Counted from the stretch's first letter, positions 28,450 through 38,645 are shown. The stretch is DNA of 64,000 nt from Ignavibacteriales bacterium (GCA_037446575.1 JBBIII010000005.1:13033-77032), one strand, 5' to 3'. Translations and numbers: made by a program. Notes: generated by a model from the letters alone, not told the origin.

Positions 28450-29715
28450 ATGATGGATATTAAATTTATTAGAGAGAATAGAGAATTAGTAAAGACTGGA
28501 GCTACGGCGAAGGGAATTGAGATAAATCTTGATGAAATAATATCACTCGACGACAAACGTAAGTCGCTGATTCAAGAAGGCGACGCTTTAAAAACAAAAC
28601 GCAATCAAGTTTCAGCAGAAGTGGGAAAATTAAAGAAAGAAAAAAAAGATGCGAACGCGGTAATTGCTGAAATGGAATCTGTAAAAACACGTATCCAAGA
28701 AATAGATAATGAATTGCGCGGGATCGAAGCAAGTCTTAACTCACTGCTTCTAACGGTACCAAATATTCCCCATCCTTCCGTACCGATCGGCAAAACTCCA
28801 GCAGATAATAAAGAGATATTCCGCTGGGGCGAACTCCCAAAAAATGATTATATGCCAAAGCCGCACTGGGAATTAACAGAAAAATTTGAAATAGTAGATT
28901 TCCAACGCGGTTCAAAAGTAGTTGGCGCCGGATTTCCTTTTTACGTTGGGAAAGGAGCTTCTTTAGAGCGCGCATTAATAAACTTTTTCATCGATCAAGC
29001 TGTCGCCAGAGGTTATAAAGAAATAATGCCTCCAATTGTTGTGAACGAAGAAAGTGCACGCGGCACCGGACAAATTCCAGATAAGGAAGATTTAATGTAT
29101 ATAGTGGAACGCGACCAGCTTTTTATGATACCTACAGCAGAAGTATGTGTTACAAATTTTCATCGCGATGAAATAATCTCTGAAGATAAATTGCCAATAT
29201 GCTATGTTGCATACACTCCTTGCTTCCGACGCGAGGCAGGCTCTTATGGAAAAGATGTGCGCGGTTTAAACCGATTACATCAATTTGACAAAGTTGAATT
29301 AGTTAAGTTTGTTCATCCGTCAAAATCTTACGATGAACTTGAGTTGTTGCGCCAAGACGCTGAAAACTTGCTCCAACTTTTAGGACTCCCCTACCGTACG
29401 TTGTTGATGTGTACAGGCGATATGGGATTTACACAGGCAAAGAAATATGATTTGGAAGTCTGGGCGCAGGGACAGCAAAAATGGTTAGAAGTTTCATCTT
29501 GCAGTAATATTGAATCATTCCAGGCGCGACGGATGAATATAAAATTCCGTAATGGGAACAGCGGCAAATTAGAAATTGTTCATACTTTGAACGGATCAGG
29601 TCTTGCACTTCCGCGTGTAGTAGCCGCGCTTATAGAGCATTACCAAACACCCGAAGGGAAAATAATTATTCCTAAAGCCCTGCATCCTTATACAAAGTTT
29701 GAAGTAATAGGATGA
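28450..29715 (+). CDS. serS: Seryl-tRNA synthetase.
   Basis: 421 aa. N-terminal coiled-coil arm, then a class II core (motif 2 ..FRREAGS.G.D.RGL.R.HQF.KVE.., motif 3 ..GSGLALPR..). Confidence 0.9.
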   Translation: MMDIKFIRENRELVKTGATAKGIEINLDEIISLDDKRKSLIQEGDALKTKRNQVSAEVGKLKKEKKDANAVIAEMESVKTRIQEIDNELRGIEASLNSLLLTVPNIPHPSVPIGKTPADNKEIFRWGELPKNDYMPKPHWELTEKFEIVDFQRGSKVVGAGFPFYVGKGASLERALINFFIDQAVARGYKEIMPPIVVNEESARGTGQIPDKEDLMYIVERDQLFMIPTAEVCVTNFHRDEIISEDKLPICYVAYTPCFRREAGSYGKDVRGLNRLHQFDKVELVKFVHPSKSYDELELLRQDAENLLQLLGLPYRTLLMCTGDMGFTQAKKYDLEVWAQGQQKWLEVSSCSNIESFQARRMNIKFRNGNSGKLEIVHTLNGSGLALPRVVAALIEHYQTPEGKIIIPKALHPYTKFEVIG

Positions 29716-29858
29716 TTGGTATTGCAAATTTTCAATTTTAAATTGTATTCGGTTTTCCACTTACAAATGCATCTAAAACAAAATGATTATTAGCATAGCA
29801 ACATCCGCAATTTTTAAATCTTCTCAAATGGAAAATTTGCCAACCACATTTTTTTAAT

Positions 29859-31619
29859 ATGCGTTCTCTCCTTCGTCTTAAACCATATTTACTACGATAT
29901 AAAAAGACTCTTTGTTGGGGATTGCTAACAATAATCGGAAGCAACATTTTTACCGTTATTCAACCGATGTTTTTAGGGAAAGCTGTTGATGAACTGATAC
30001 GCGGATTCGAAAAGCATACTATTAGTACAAGTGATTTATTATTATGGGCAGGATTGATTGTTGGCTTTGCATTGATAGCCGGGTTCTTCACATTTTTAAC
30101 ACGTCAAACAATCATTGTTACATCGCGTCATATCGAATACGATTTGCGCAATGATTTTCTCTCGCATCTGCAAAAATTATCATATTCTTTTTTTCAAAAT
30201 AAATCAACCGGTGATTTAATGGCGCATGCCACTAATGATATTGGCGCTGTGCGTAATGTATTGGGACCCGGTATTATGTACCCTTCCGATACAATTTTAA
30301 CGCTAACATTTGTTTTGACAATGATGTTTATGAGCGATTGGCAATTAACATTGCTCGCTTTAATTCCTATGCCATTTGTTTCTTTTTCGGTTTATAAACT
30401 AAGCAAACAGGTCAATAAAGTATTTACTGCACGGCAAGAACAATTTTCACGTTTAACAACGCATGCACAGGAAACACTTTCAGGTATTCGAGTTGTAAAA
30501 GCTTATGTTCGAGAAGCATTTGAAGAAATGAAATTTCGCAATTTAAGTTTGGAATATTTGAAGAAAAATTTAATTCTCGCAAAAGTACAATCGATTATGT
30601 GGCCATTGATGTTTGTTTTAATCGGATTTTCGCTCATTATTACAATTTATTTCGGCGGAATTCGGGTAATAGAAGATAAAATGACAATTGGCACACTGAC
30701 AGCTTTTACCGTATATCTTGGCATGTTGATTTGGCCTATGATCGCATTCGGATGGGTAGCTAATTTATTGCAACAAGGCGCCGCCTCGATGAAAAGAATA
30801 ATTACAATAATGGATACCGAACCAGAGATACAAGATACAAAACAAACAAATTATTCTATTAAGGAAATTCAAGGAAGCATCGAATTTAAGAATGTTACTT
30901 TTACTCACAAAAATGCTTGTCAACCTATCTTGAAGAAAATAAATTTAAAAATCGAAACTGGTATGACCGTAGCAATTGTAGGATACACTGGCACAGGAAA
31001 ATCTACGCTTATTAGTTTAATCCCTCGTTTGTATGATGTTTCAGAAGGAGAGATTTTAATAGATGGGATTAATATAAAAAATATTCCGCTTGAGATTTTG
31101 CGAACGAATATCGGTTTTGTTCCTCAAGAGACATTTTTGTTTTCTGAAACAATAGCCGAAAATATTAGCTATGGAGTCGATAACAGCAGTTTAGATGATC
31201 TTACTGGCGCCTCGGAAATTTCTCAGCTTGCTAAAGATATTCATGAATTTCCAAAACAATTTGATACAATAGTCGGAGAGCGGGGGATAACTCTATCGGG
31301 CGGACAAAAACAGCGAACGAGCATCGCACGCGCAATTATGCGTAATCCAATAATATTGTTATTAGATGATGCTCTATCAGCAGTTGATACTTACACAGAA
31401 GAAAAGATACTTCATCGTCTCCGAGAATTTATGAAAGGACGAACTAGTGTCATTATTAGCCATAGAATATCAACAGTTAAAGACGCCGATTTAATAATAG
31501 CGCTTCAGAATGGTGAAATAGCTGAACGAGGAAATCACGAACAATTGATTTCGCTAAATGGCATATATGCGGATCTATATAAGAAACAGTTATTAGAGCA
31601 AGAATTGGAAAATATGTAA
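29859..31619 (+). CDS. ABC exporter, fused permease-ATPase (MsbA-like; half of a heterodimer).
   Basis: 586 aa. Six-TM N-domain, Walker A GYTGTGKST, ABC signature LSGGQKQR, Walker B LLLDDALSAVD. Confidence 0.85.
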   Translation: MRSLLRLKPYLLRYKKTLCWGLLTIIGSNIFTVIQPMFLGKAVDELIRGFEKHTISTSDLLLWAGLIVGFALIAGFFTFLTRQTIIVTSRHIEYDLRNDFLSHLQKLSYSFFQNKSTGDLMAHATNDIGAVRNVLGPGIMYPSDTILTLTFVLTMMFMSDWQLTLLALIPMPFVSFSVYKLSKQVNKVFTARQEQFSRLTTHAQETLSGIRVVKAYVREAFEEMKFRNLSLEYLKKNLILAKVQSIMWPLMFVLIGFSLIITIYFGGIRVIEDKMTIGTLTAFTVYLGMLIWPMIAFGWVANLLQQGAASMKRIITIMDTEPEIQDTKQTNYSIKEIQGSIEFKNVTFTHKNACQPILKKINLKIETGMTVAIVGYTGTGKSTLISLIPRLYDVSEGEILIDGINIKNIPLEILRTNIGFVPQETFLFSETIAENISYGVDNSSLDDLTGASEISQLAKDIHEFPKQFDTIVGERGITLSGGQKQRTSIARAIMRNPIILLLDDALSAVDTYTEEKILHRLREFMKGRTSVIISHRISTVKDADLIIALQNGEIAERGNHEQLISLNGIYADLYKKQLLEQELENM

Positions 31620-31624
31620 CAGAT

Positions 31625-33421
31625 ATGATTGAAGAAGAAGTACTCGGCAAAGCTTACGATGCAAAATTAATGCGGCGGCTTATTAAATATCTCAAGCCGT
31701 ATCGATGGCAGGTTATGTTAGGAATTATCTCGAGCTTGCTTATCAGCGCTATGGAAGCAGTGCGTCCTTACTTCACCAAAATTGCTGTTGACGTCGATAT
31801 CGCTAATAAAGACAGTAACGGCTTGTTAGTTACTGTTTCTCTTTTTTTATTAGTAATGTTTGCACGCGGTTTAATTCAATACGCGAATGCCTATTTAACA
31901 CAATGGATAGGTCAGCGAACAATTTTTGATCTGCGTATGGAAATTTTCCGACACGTGCAACGGCTATCAATAAAATTTTACGACCGTAATCCTATCGGCA
32001 GATTAATTACACGACTTACAAATGATGTAGAAGCTTTAAACGAGATGTTTTCATCTGGCATTGTAATGGTTTTTAGCGATATCTTTACGATTATATGTAT
32101 TTTCTATTTCATGTTCACTATGAATTGGCAACTTGCATTAGTAACACTTAGCGTTTTGCCTTTTCTTTTTTATGGAACATTTTTATTCAGAAAAAAAGCA
32201 CGCGAAACCTACAGAGATGTTCGCGTTCAAATTGCGCGTATAAATACTTTTATGCAAGAACATATTACAGGCATGTTGGTTGACCAAATTTATAACCGAG
32301 AGAAAAAATCGCACGAAAAGTTCACAGAGATCAATTCGGCTCATAAAAACGCCAATATTCGCTCCATTTTTTATTATGCTTTGTTCTACCCAGGCGTCGA
32401 TTTAATAGGAGCAATAGCGATTGGACTTATAATATGGTACGCCGGACTTAATGCGTTAGAAGGAGTTGTTACAATTGGGACTGTTATGGCATTTGTACAG
32501 TTCAATGAAATGTTCTGGCGTCCAATAAGAGACTTGTCCGAAAAATATAATATACTACAGACAGCTATGGCTTCATCAGAAAGAATTTTTCAGCTATTAG
32601 ACGACAAAACAATTTTGAGCGCACCAATAAAGCCGATTAAATTAGAAAAAATAAAAGGCGATATTGAATTTCGAAATGTCTGGTTCGCTTACAACACACC
32701 AACCGACTCATCACCAATTACTGAGTGGGTATTAAAAGATATTTCATTTTCAATCAAACAAGGAGAATCTATAGCAATTGTCGGACATACGGGGGCTGGA
32801 AAAACTACTATAATAAATTTACTTAGCAGATTTTATGATTTTCATAAGGGTGAAATATTAATTGATGGTACGGACATACGTAATATTAAACCGCAAGATT
32901 TACGCAAGCATGTTGCAATCGTATTTCAAGATGTTTTTTTATTTTCTGGGAATATTCAAAACAACATTCAATTGGGCGATGAGACTATTTCGGTAGAGCG
33001 AGTTCGCGCCGCGGCTCGAATAGTTGGAGCTCATAAATTTATCGAAGCTTTACCCGGTGTTTATGGTGCAGAAGTAAAAGAACGCGGAGCCACATTATCG
33101 GTGGGTCAAAAGCAGTTGCTTTCTTTTGCGCGGGCATTAGCATTTAATCCAAGCATTTTAATTTTAGATGAAGCTACATCCAGCGTAGATACTGAAACCG
33201 AATTACTTATTCAGCAAGCTATAAAAAAGATGCTACGGGGCAGGACATCAATTGTTATAGCACATCGTTTATCAACAATTCAGAACGCTGATAAAATTAT
33301 AGTCCTTCATAAGGGGGCTGTCAGAGAAACCGGCAATCATCAGGAACTTTTAGCATTAAATGGCATTTACCGAAGACTTTATGAACTTCAATATAAAGAA
33401 CAAGAGATAAACCGAAATTAA
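31625..33421 (+). CDS. ABC exporter, fused permease-ATPase (the second half of the heterodimeric pair).
   Basis: 598 aa. Walker A GHTGAGKTT, signature LSVGQKQL, Walker B LILDEATSSVD. It starts 6 nt after the previous ABC gene. Confidence 0.85.
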   Translation: MIEEEVLGKAYDAKLMRRLIKYLKPYRWQVMLGIISSLLISAMEAVRPYFTKIAVDVDIANKDSNGLLVTVSLFLLVMFARGLIQYANAYLTQWIGQRTIFDLRMEIFRHVQRLSIKFYDRNPIGRLITRLTNDVEALNEMFSSGIVMVFSDIFTIICIFYFMFTMNWQLALVTLSVLPFLFYGTFLFRKKARETYRDVRVQIARINTFMQEHITGMLVDQIYNREKKSHEKFTEINSAHKNANIRSIFYYALFYPGVDLIGAIAIGLIIWYAGLNALEGVVTIGTVMAFVQFNEMFWRPIRDLSEKYNILQTAMASSERIFQLLDDKTILSAPIKPIKLEKIKGDIEFRNVWFAYNTPTDSSPITEWVLKDISFSIKQGESIAIVGHTGAGKTTIINLLSRFYDFHKGEILIDGTDIRNIKPQDLRKHVAIVFQDVFLFSGNIQNNIQLGDETISVERVRAAARIVGAHKFIEALPGVYGAEVKERGATLSVGQKQLLSFARALAFNPSILILDEATSSVDTETELLIQQAIKKMLRGRTSIVIAHRLSTIQNADKIIVLHKGAVRETGNHQELLALNGIYRRLYELQYKEQEINRN

Positions 33422-33582
33422 GTTGGCAGATTTTTCCTAAAAAAAGCTTCGATGTCTGATACTTAAAAACGCAATCGTCAGCAAAGTGTCTGACATATCT
33501 TCAAACCACAATGACGTTCCGAAGGTTTTTATATTGGTGTGAACACCTTCGGAAGGTGTGCTTATAAATAGCATTAAAATTA

Positions 33583-33612
33583 AAAAGTCCATCCCGATTC
33601 AAGGATGGACTC
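33583..33612 (-). terminator. Intrinsic terminator for the minus-strand outer-membrane protein gene at 33632..35122.
   Basis: agtccatcc-cgattcaa-ggatggact forms a 9-bp stem. Read on the minus strand, a tttttaatttt tract follows immediately. Confidence 0.5.
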
Positions 33613-33631
33613 TATACAATTGTCTATAGAT

Positions 33632-35122
33632 TTAAAACTTATGAGAAAAAGTTACATTTATTGTTTGAGTTGTAATTATTTCTTTAGTTCTTGAAGCTGG
33701 TACATTACTCCAAATATAATTATCCCTATGTGTCTTCCAATCCCCATAACTAAAAGATCCATTAATCGAACTGCTTTCATCTAACATAAAACCAATTCCG
33801 ACTGTATAGAACTTTTGATCGTAATCTGCAGGATCGCCTTTCCACGGTGATGGTTTCCACTCAATGCCTCCTCTTAACTTTAGACCGATGCTCCAAATCG
33901 TAGCTTCAAAACCTCCGCGTAAATTCCAAGTTTCACGCATCCACTTTTTAATATTTCGGTTTTCTTCAATCAAATCCGGATTGTTTGTATCAAATTCCAT
34001 CTGTGTCCAATCTGTGTATTCAGCATCTCCGGCAAGTAACAACCAATTTATCGGCTGGAGAGATAAACCTGTACTTAATACTAATGGAGTTACAATTTTA
34101 TATTTTGTCTCACCAGGTGGTAACGAAGCTTTATATTCAATACCATCATCAAATTTGCTGATACCATCATCTGTAAAGGTTTCTGTAATTTCATAAGTTG
34201 TAGGAATTCGTATGGATGCACCAATCCGATATTTTCCGGGCATTCTATACATGATACCAAAGAGAGCATTAAAACCACTAAGATCGCTTTTTATTGTGCT
34301 GGTGTATGTCCAGCGAGAAAAATTATATGGAAATATATAAGAAGCTTTATAAATATTGCGAGAATCTATCTCCGTAAATTCACGATCATAAGTATATGAG
34401 CCAGAAGCAAAGTTCAACGAAACCCCAATAGATAGATTTGGTGCAATATCAATTCCGCCGCCAAAAGACCAGTGATTGATTCCGCCGCCTTCTACGATTC
34501 GCCCTGCTTGTTGAACGCTATCAGTCAGAACTGGTATTAAACCTTCGTCTTTATTTATTGTATCTAAAAAAGTATCAGCTAACCATAATTTATAGACTAT
34601 ACTTCTGTTAAGAAAATCATCATACTTATCTTTAGAATAATAAAAAGTATTCTCATTTGAAGTTAAAGATCGAACAATCGAACTTCCAGCATTAAATCCA
34701 TCAAACGAAGCAACTGATGTAAAATTCGCTACCCTGCCAAACCCAAACGCAAATGTCAACCCGCCGCGAACTGTTGCAATCGGATATACAATACCAAGAT
34801 TATCTAATTTTAATGCGTTATCATTATCGGTGGTTTTGTTGCCGAAAAATGTAACATCGTTTCCATAACCAAGTCGGGATAACCCGGCTGAGAATTCAAA
34901 ACTCTTCTGTTGAGACAACCCTGCAGGATTTCCAAAAAGCGCCGAATAATCATCAGCTAATCCAACTACTGTATTACCCATGCCTTGCGCCCGTCCACCA
35001 ACTGCAGAGTTAATTTGAGAAAATCTTAAAACATCAGTAGCATATTGAGCTCCCATTTGTTGAATATGTAATACAATCATACTTAAAATTAAAATCCAAT
35101 ATTTTCTGCTAATACTTTTCAT
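33632..35122 (-). CDS. FadL-like PorV/UPF0164-family outer-membrane beta-barrel (larger paralog).
   Basis: 496 aa. Signal peptide, then AVGGRAQGMGNTVVGLADDYSALFGNPAGL, the same N-terminal motif as the ORF at 4934..5947. The C-terminus ends ..TFSHKF (aromatic). Confidence 0.5.
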   Translation of the reverse strand: MKSISRKYWILILSMIVLHIQQMGAQYATDVLRFSQINSAVGGRAQGMGNTVVGLADDYSALFGNPAGLSQQKSFEFSAGLSRLGYGNDVTFFGNKTTDNDNALKLDNLGIVYPIATVRGGLTFAFGFGRVANFTSVASFDGFNAGSSIVRSLTSNENTFYYSKDKYDDFLNRSIVYKLWLADTFLDTINKDEGLIPVLTDSVQQAGRIVEGGGINHWSFGGGIDIAPNLSIGVSLNFASGSYTYDREFTEIDSRNIYKASYIFPYNFSRWTYTSTIKSDLSGFNALFGIMYRMPGKYRIGASIRIPTTYEITETFTDDGISKFDDGIEYKASLPPGETKYKIVTPLVLSTGLSLQPINWLLLAGDAEYTDWTQMEFDTNNPDLIEENRNIKKWMRETWNLRGGFEATIWSIGLKLRGGIEWKPSPWKGDPADYDQKFYTVGIGFMLDESSSINGSFSYGDWKTHRDNYIWSNVPASRTKEIITTQTINVTFSHKF

Positions 35123-35147
35123 AATTCATCTGCTCCATTCAAATATA

Positions 35148-36140
35148 TTAACGTCTTGACCTTCCAGAATCGCCGCTACTGTTATCACTGCTTCTACTTT
35201 CTCCGCCTCTACTGCTCGGGGGTGGAGAGCTTGGCGGTGGACTTGTTCTTTGCGGCGGCGGTGAATAACTTGGCGCGCTTCGCTCGGAAGAACCTCTCGA
35301 AGATTCGCCACCTCTATTATATCCGCCTTGTCTTGTGGACGAACTGCGATTTTCGCGTACTTGATCATTATTCTCATTACTCTGATTTGTTCGTTGAACT
35401 TCATTTCTTTTTGATGAATTATCATTAGTTTGGTTATTGCTATCATCACGCTGTCGTGGTTGTTGGACTTCATAATTTCCACGCGAAGTACGTCCGGTTG
35501 TAACTCGTTCTGAAGCCCCACGTGAAGACGACGACTTATTACGATCTGATCTTATCGCGCCTGCAGTTCCGGGTGAAGGTGCGGCGCCAGCGCTTCGAGA
35601 TATTCCAGCATCACGCGTAGTTGAGATTTGACTATCGTTCGACGGGGAAACTGAACGACTTGTTCTAACATTATCATATTCACCTCTTACATTCCCTCCT
35701 CTTTGATAACCTGAGTTACGCGTTATATAGGAACGAGTACCGTAATTATACCAACCCGGTGAAGAGTAATAAGCGTAACCAGGAGAATAATACCAATAAT
35801 TCCAACGATACCAGTGATAAGAATATGGATAATATACTGGTCCCCAATACCAAGGATCCCACCAATATGAGTATGTCGGATAAACACATCCGTAATCCCA
35901 CGCCCAATAGGAACGCCACGTTGGATAATAGTACGTAAATCCGATGCTTGTTCGTGGTTGCCAATCATCGTAATAATCTGAACGGTTATCATTCTCGTAA
36001 TCACTTATAGTTTTTTCTTCCATTTGATAGGATGAATCTTCTTCTCTCGTCGAAGCGATTTGAGTGTAACATCCTTGAAAAAGTATTGCTAATATACTTA
36101 TTACAAAAATTGCAATTAATATTGATTTCAATGTTTTCAT
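35148..36140 (-). CDS. Lipoprotein with extreme composition: a Trp/Tyr-rich segment followed by a long Ser/Arg/Gly/Asn-rich disordered tail.
   Basis: 330 aa. Signal peptide plus lipobox-like Cys (LFQGCYTQ). An approximately 65-aa block is about half W/Y (YYYPTWRSYWAWDYGCVYPTYSYWWDPWYWGPVYYPYSYHWYRWNYWYY...). It is followed by about 190 aa of S/R/G/N/Q/P low-complexity sequence (RGG / SR / PPPSS repeats). Only a 25-nt gap to the upstream PorV-like gene. Confidence 0.55.
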   Translation of the reverse strand: MKTLKSILIAIFVISILAILFQGCYTQIASTREEDSSYQMEEKTISDYENDNRSDYYDDWQPRTSIGFTYYYPTWRSYWAWDYGCVYPTYSYWWDPWYWGPVYYPYSYHWYRWNYWYYSPGYAYYSSPGWYNYGTRSYITRNSGYQRGGNVRGEYDNVRTSRSVSPSNDSQISTTRDAGISRSAGAAPSPGTAGAIRSDRNKSSSSRGASERVTTGRTSRGNYEVQQPRQRDDSNNQTNDNSSKRNEVQRTNQSNENNDQVRENRSSSTRQGGYNRGGESSRGSSERSAPSYSPPPQRTSPPPSSPPPSSRGGESRSSDNSSGDSGRSRR

Positions 36141-36322
36141 AACTGACCTCTTATATTTGACGCTTTATAGATACTCAAGTATCCTGCCAACAAATTTACA
36201 CAATAGGCGCTTGAATTCAGCTTTTTTTTGCCATTTTCAAGCTTTTTTCTTTATAACAAATAATCTTTGTCCACATTACTAATCATTAATGTCCACTGAG
36301 CTAAACATATAATTAAAGCGGT

Positions 36323-37132
36323 TTAGAAATGCCCAATATAATCTAATTGCAAAGTTCTATTTCCAACTTTCACATTTTCCTGATTTTTAACAATGTTCTT
36401 TAAATCAAATCCAACAACAAGCCCTTTGCCCCACGACCATCTAAAAGCAAAGTTGAGATATCCTTTTCCTTTGCCCATTGAATTTCCGTGATTGTCATTA
36501 GTAGCAAAATCATATTCAAAAATAATTGAAATATCTTTACCTAATGATTTTTCCAAACCAAGATACGCGCTCAAGTCTTTATCGCCATCATCTATTTCCA
36601 TTGATCTATTAACACCTGCGTGAACGCTTAGGTTTCCCATAAAAGCGTAATTCTTGCTGGCGACTGCATAAACTCCCGGTGATTTGATAGTATATCTATT
36701 CAATCCACTTTTAATATACGGTTCTTTACCTTGCGAATCGAACCCAATTGCAAGTGCAGGGATTACCGATCCCTCGTTCATCAGCCGAAGTTTTGCGTTT
36801 ACACCGGGCATTGGATTCATAAGAATTTCCTTATGGCCTATAATTTCTGTTCCGCCATAATTAATCCCGAATGTAAATGGTTCGAATATTCCCACCGAAA
36901 TGCCGATTAATACTCCACCATTTTGAAAAAAATTAGACGTAACCGAATATGAGCCATATTTCAACAATCCGGCGGTCGGTTTATCAACAAGCATTAGCGG
37001 CTCACTTGTCGCCCCTTCGCCGACATAACTTTGAGCAAATATAAAATTGCTTGTTAATATTACTATGATTAGAACTAAAAATATTTTTTTCACTTTGCTC
37101 TCCTTAATAAATTTACAAATCGTCTTCACCAA
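36323..37132 (-). CDS. Small outer-membrane beta-barrel protein (putative).
   Basis: 269 aa. Signal peptide (KKIFLVLIIVILTSNFIFAQS), alternating amphipathic strands, and a C-terminal ..LDYIGHF aromatic end. Confidence 0.45.
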   Translation of the reverse strand: MVKTICKFIKESKVKKIFLVLIIVILTSNFIFAQSYVGEGATSEPLMLVDKPTAGLLKYGSYSVTSNFFQNGGVLIGISVGIFEPFTFGINYGGTEIIGHKEILMNPMPGVNAKLRLMNEGSVIPALAIGFDSQGKEPYIKSGLNRYTIKSPGVYAVASKNYAFMGNLSVHAGVNRSMEIDDGDKDLSAYLGLEKSLGKDISIIFEYDFATNDNHGNSMGKGKGYLNFAFRWSWGKGLVVGFDLKNIVKNQENVKVGNRTLQLDYIGHF

Positions 37133-38645
37133 AAATTCTTTTTACATTATCAGGCAATTTTTTTCTTGTTTCGTTTTGTTCATCATTTCTAAGTTTAGCT
37201 TGAGTTTGCTTCGATTCTTTTTTTATTATTCGGAACCCTTCTTCGAACGGAATATCATTATTTAGTAAGGTATTATCAACTTTTTGTTTATGTGAGAACT
37301 TGAGAATCGGGGCAGGCGAGGATTCTTGATCCTTCTCAAAATCATTAACGCTTAATAATTTTCTTAACATCCTATCGCTTTCGACAGCTAATTCCTCTTC
37401 CGAATACGTAAGCAAGTTCCCTTCCCGCACATAAAATTCCCCGTTCACCATTACTTCACTAATGAATTTAGACGATATCGATAGTAAAATGGATTCGAGC
37501 ATATTCTGATAATTGCCGAGCGTCAATAAACTACATACGCTAAAATCAGATAAATTTATGAAAACGAAATCAGCTTTTTTTCCAACTTCGATCGTCCCAA
37601 TTTCAGATTGAAGCCCGAGCGCATTAGCTCCATTACTTGTCAACAATGCCAACAACTCGTAAGCATTTTCTAATGACAATCCGAGCGATTTTAAAATTGT
37701 TACATAAGCTTGAAAAATTTCAATCGGGTTAGAAACGCCCCAATCGCTTCCTATAGCAATGGGAACTTTCCTTCTTATTAATTCTCCATACAAGGGCAAA
37801 TCAGTCTCTTTATTAAGTATAGCTAAAGGTGATAGCACTAAATATTTTCCAGATTTTGACACCACATCCCAATCTGCCTCATCATTTATAATCAGATGAA
37901 GCAATTGTACAGGATAGTCAAAAAGATGGTAATCGGAATACAACTGCGTGATTGATTTGTTAAAATTCTTTTTGATAATATCATTCGCGCGTTTTGTTTG
38001 ACCTAAATGCAAGATTATCGGATAATGAAATTCATTTGCTATGCGTATTGTTGATTGAAGATTATAGACAGTCAGATTCTCTTCATCCGCAATAACTACA
38101 GCAAATTTGATGTTCGGCAAATTTAATTTGCGAGCGGCTTCGATTTGATCTCCATTGTGCAAACCAATATAACCCTTTATGCACGTCTGCTGCATTGCCT
38201 CGACAGCGGCTTGAAAGGAATGTTCATGATTATCGCTGCCAAATTCTGCTAATGTAGTTATGCCCGATTTTAAAGCCGAATAATATGACAACCGATAGAT
38301 AGATAAAAAATCGTCGTAAGTTGCTTCGCTTTGCAAAAATTTTAACGCTCTATCAATTTGTGGATTTTTATTCCACTTCGCCATCGGTTGATTAGCCGTA
38401 AGGTACCGCAAAATAAATGATTCGCCTGTATGGTGCGCATCAATAAAACCGGGAACAATAATTTTTCCTTTTGCATCAATAATTTCTGCCGAAGGATATA
38501 ATGCTTTTAATACGGGAGCTGGTTTAGTAACATCTGTAATAAATCCATTCTGAACAAGAATAGTAATTTGACCAGCTCGGTTCTGTCGATCTCCGGTAAA
38601 AACAATTCCATTTTCAATTATTTTAGTCGATCCAAACACGCTCAT
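37113..38645 (-). CDS. Amidohydrolase-superfamily metal-dependent hydrolase with a charged C-terminal tail.
   Basis: 510 aa. The N-terminal ..IIVPGFIDAHHTGESF.. resembles the PGxIDxHxH metal-binding start of amidohydrolases, but reads HH rather than HxH. There is an extra approximately 90-aa Lys/Glu/Gln-rich C-terminal extension. Confidence 0.5.
   Translation of the reverse strand: MSVFGSTKIIENGIVFTGDRQNRAGQITILVQNGFITDVTKPAPVLKALYPSAEIIDAKGKIIVPGFIDAHHTGESFILRYLTANQPMAKWNKNPQIDRALKFLQSEATYDDFLSIYRLSYYSALKSGITTLAEFGSDNHEHSFQAAVEAMQQTCIKGYIGLHNGDQIEAARKLNLPNIKFAVVIADEENLTVYNLQSTIRIANEFHYPIILHLGQTKRANDIIKKNFNKSITQLYSDYHLFDYPVQLLHLIINDEADWDVVSKSGKYLVLSPLAILNKETDLPLYGELIRRKVPIAIGSDWGVSNPIEIFQAYVTILKSLGLSLENAYELLALLTSNGANALGLQSEIGTIEVGKKADFVFINLSDFSVCSLLTLGNYQNMLESILLSISSKFISEVMVNGEFYVREGNLLTYSEEELAVESDRMLRKLLSVNDFEKDQESSPAPILKFSHKQKVDNTLLNNDIPFEEGFRIIKKESKQTQAKLRNDEQNETRKKLPDNVKRIFGEDDL

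Noticed and set aside
29738-29947. 69-aa minus-strand ORF between serS and the ABC exporter.
   Set aside because: It overlaps the start of the ABC gene and its promoter region. It is Arg/Cys-rich and low-complexity, with no supporting signals, so it is probably spurious.
35126-36004. Overlapping same-strand ORFs (35126..35521, 35723..36004, 35746..35964) and an antisense ORF (35156..35428) inside the aromatic/RS-rich lipoprotein gene.
   Set aside because: They arise from the low-complexity repetitive codon composition and lack signal peptides or start contexts. The long frame carrying the signal peptide and lipobox is the credible one.
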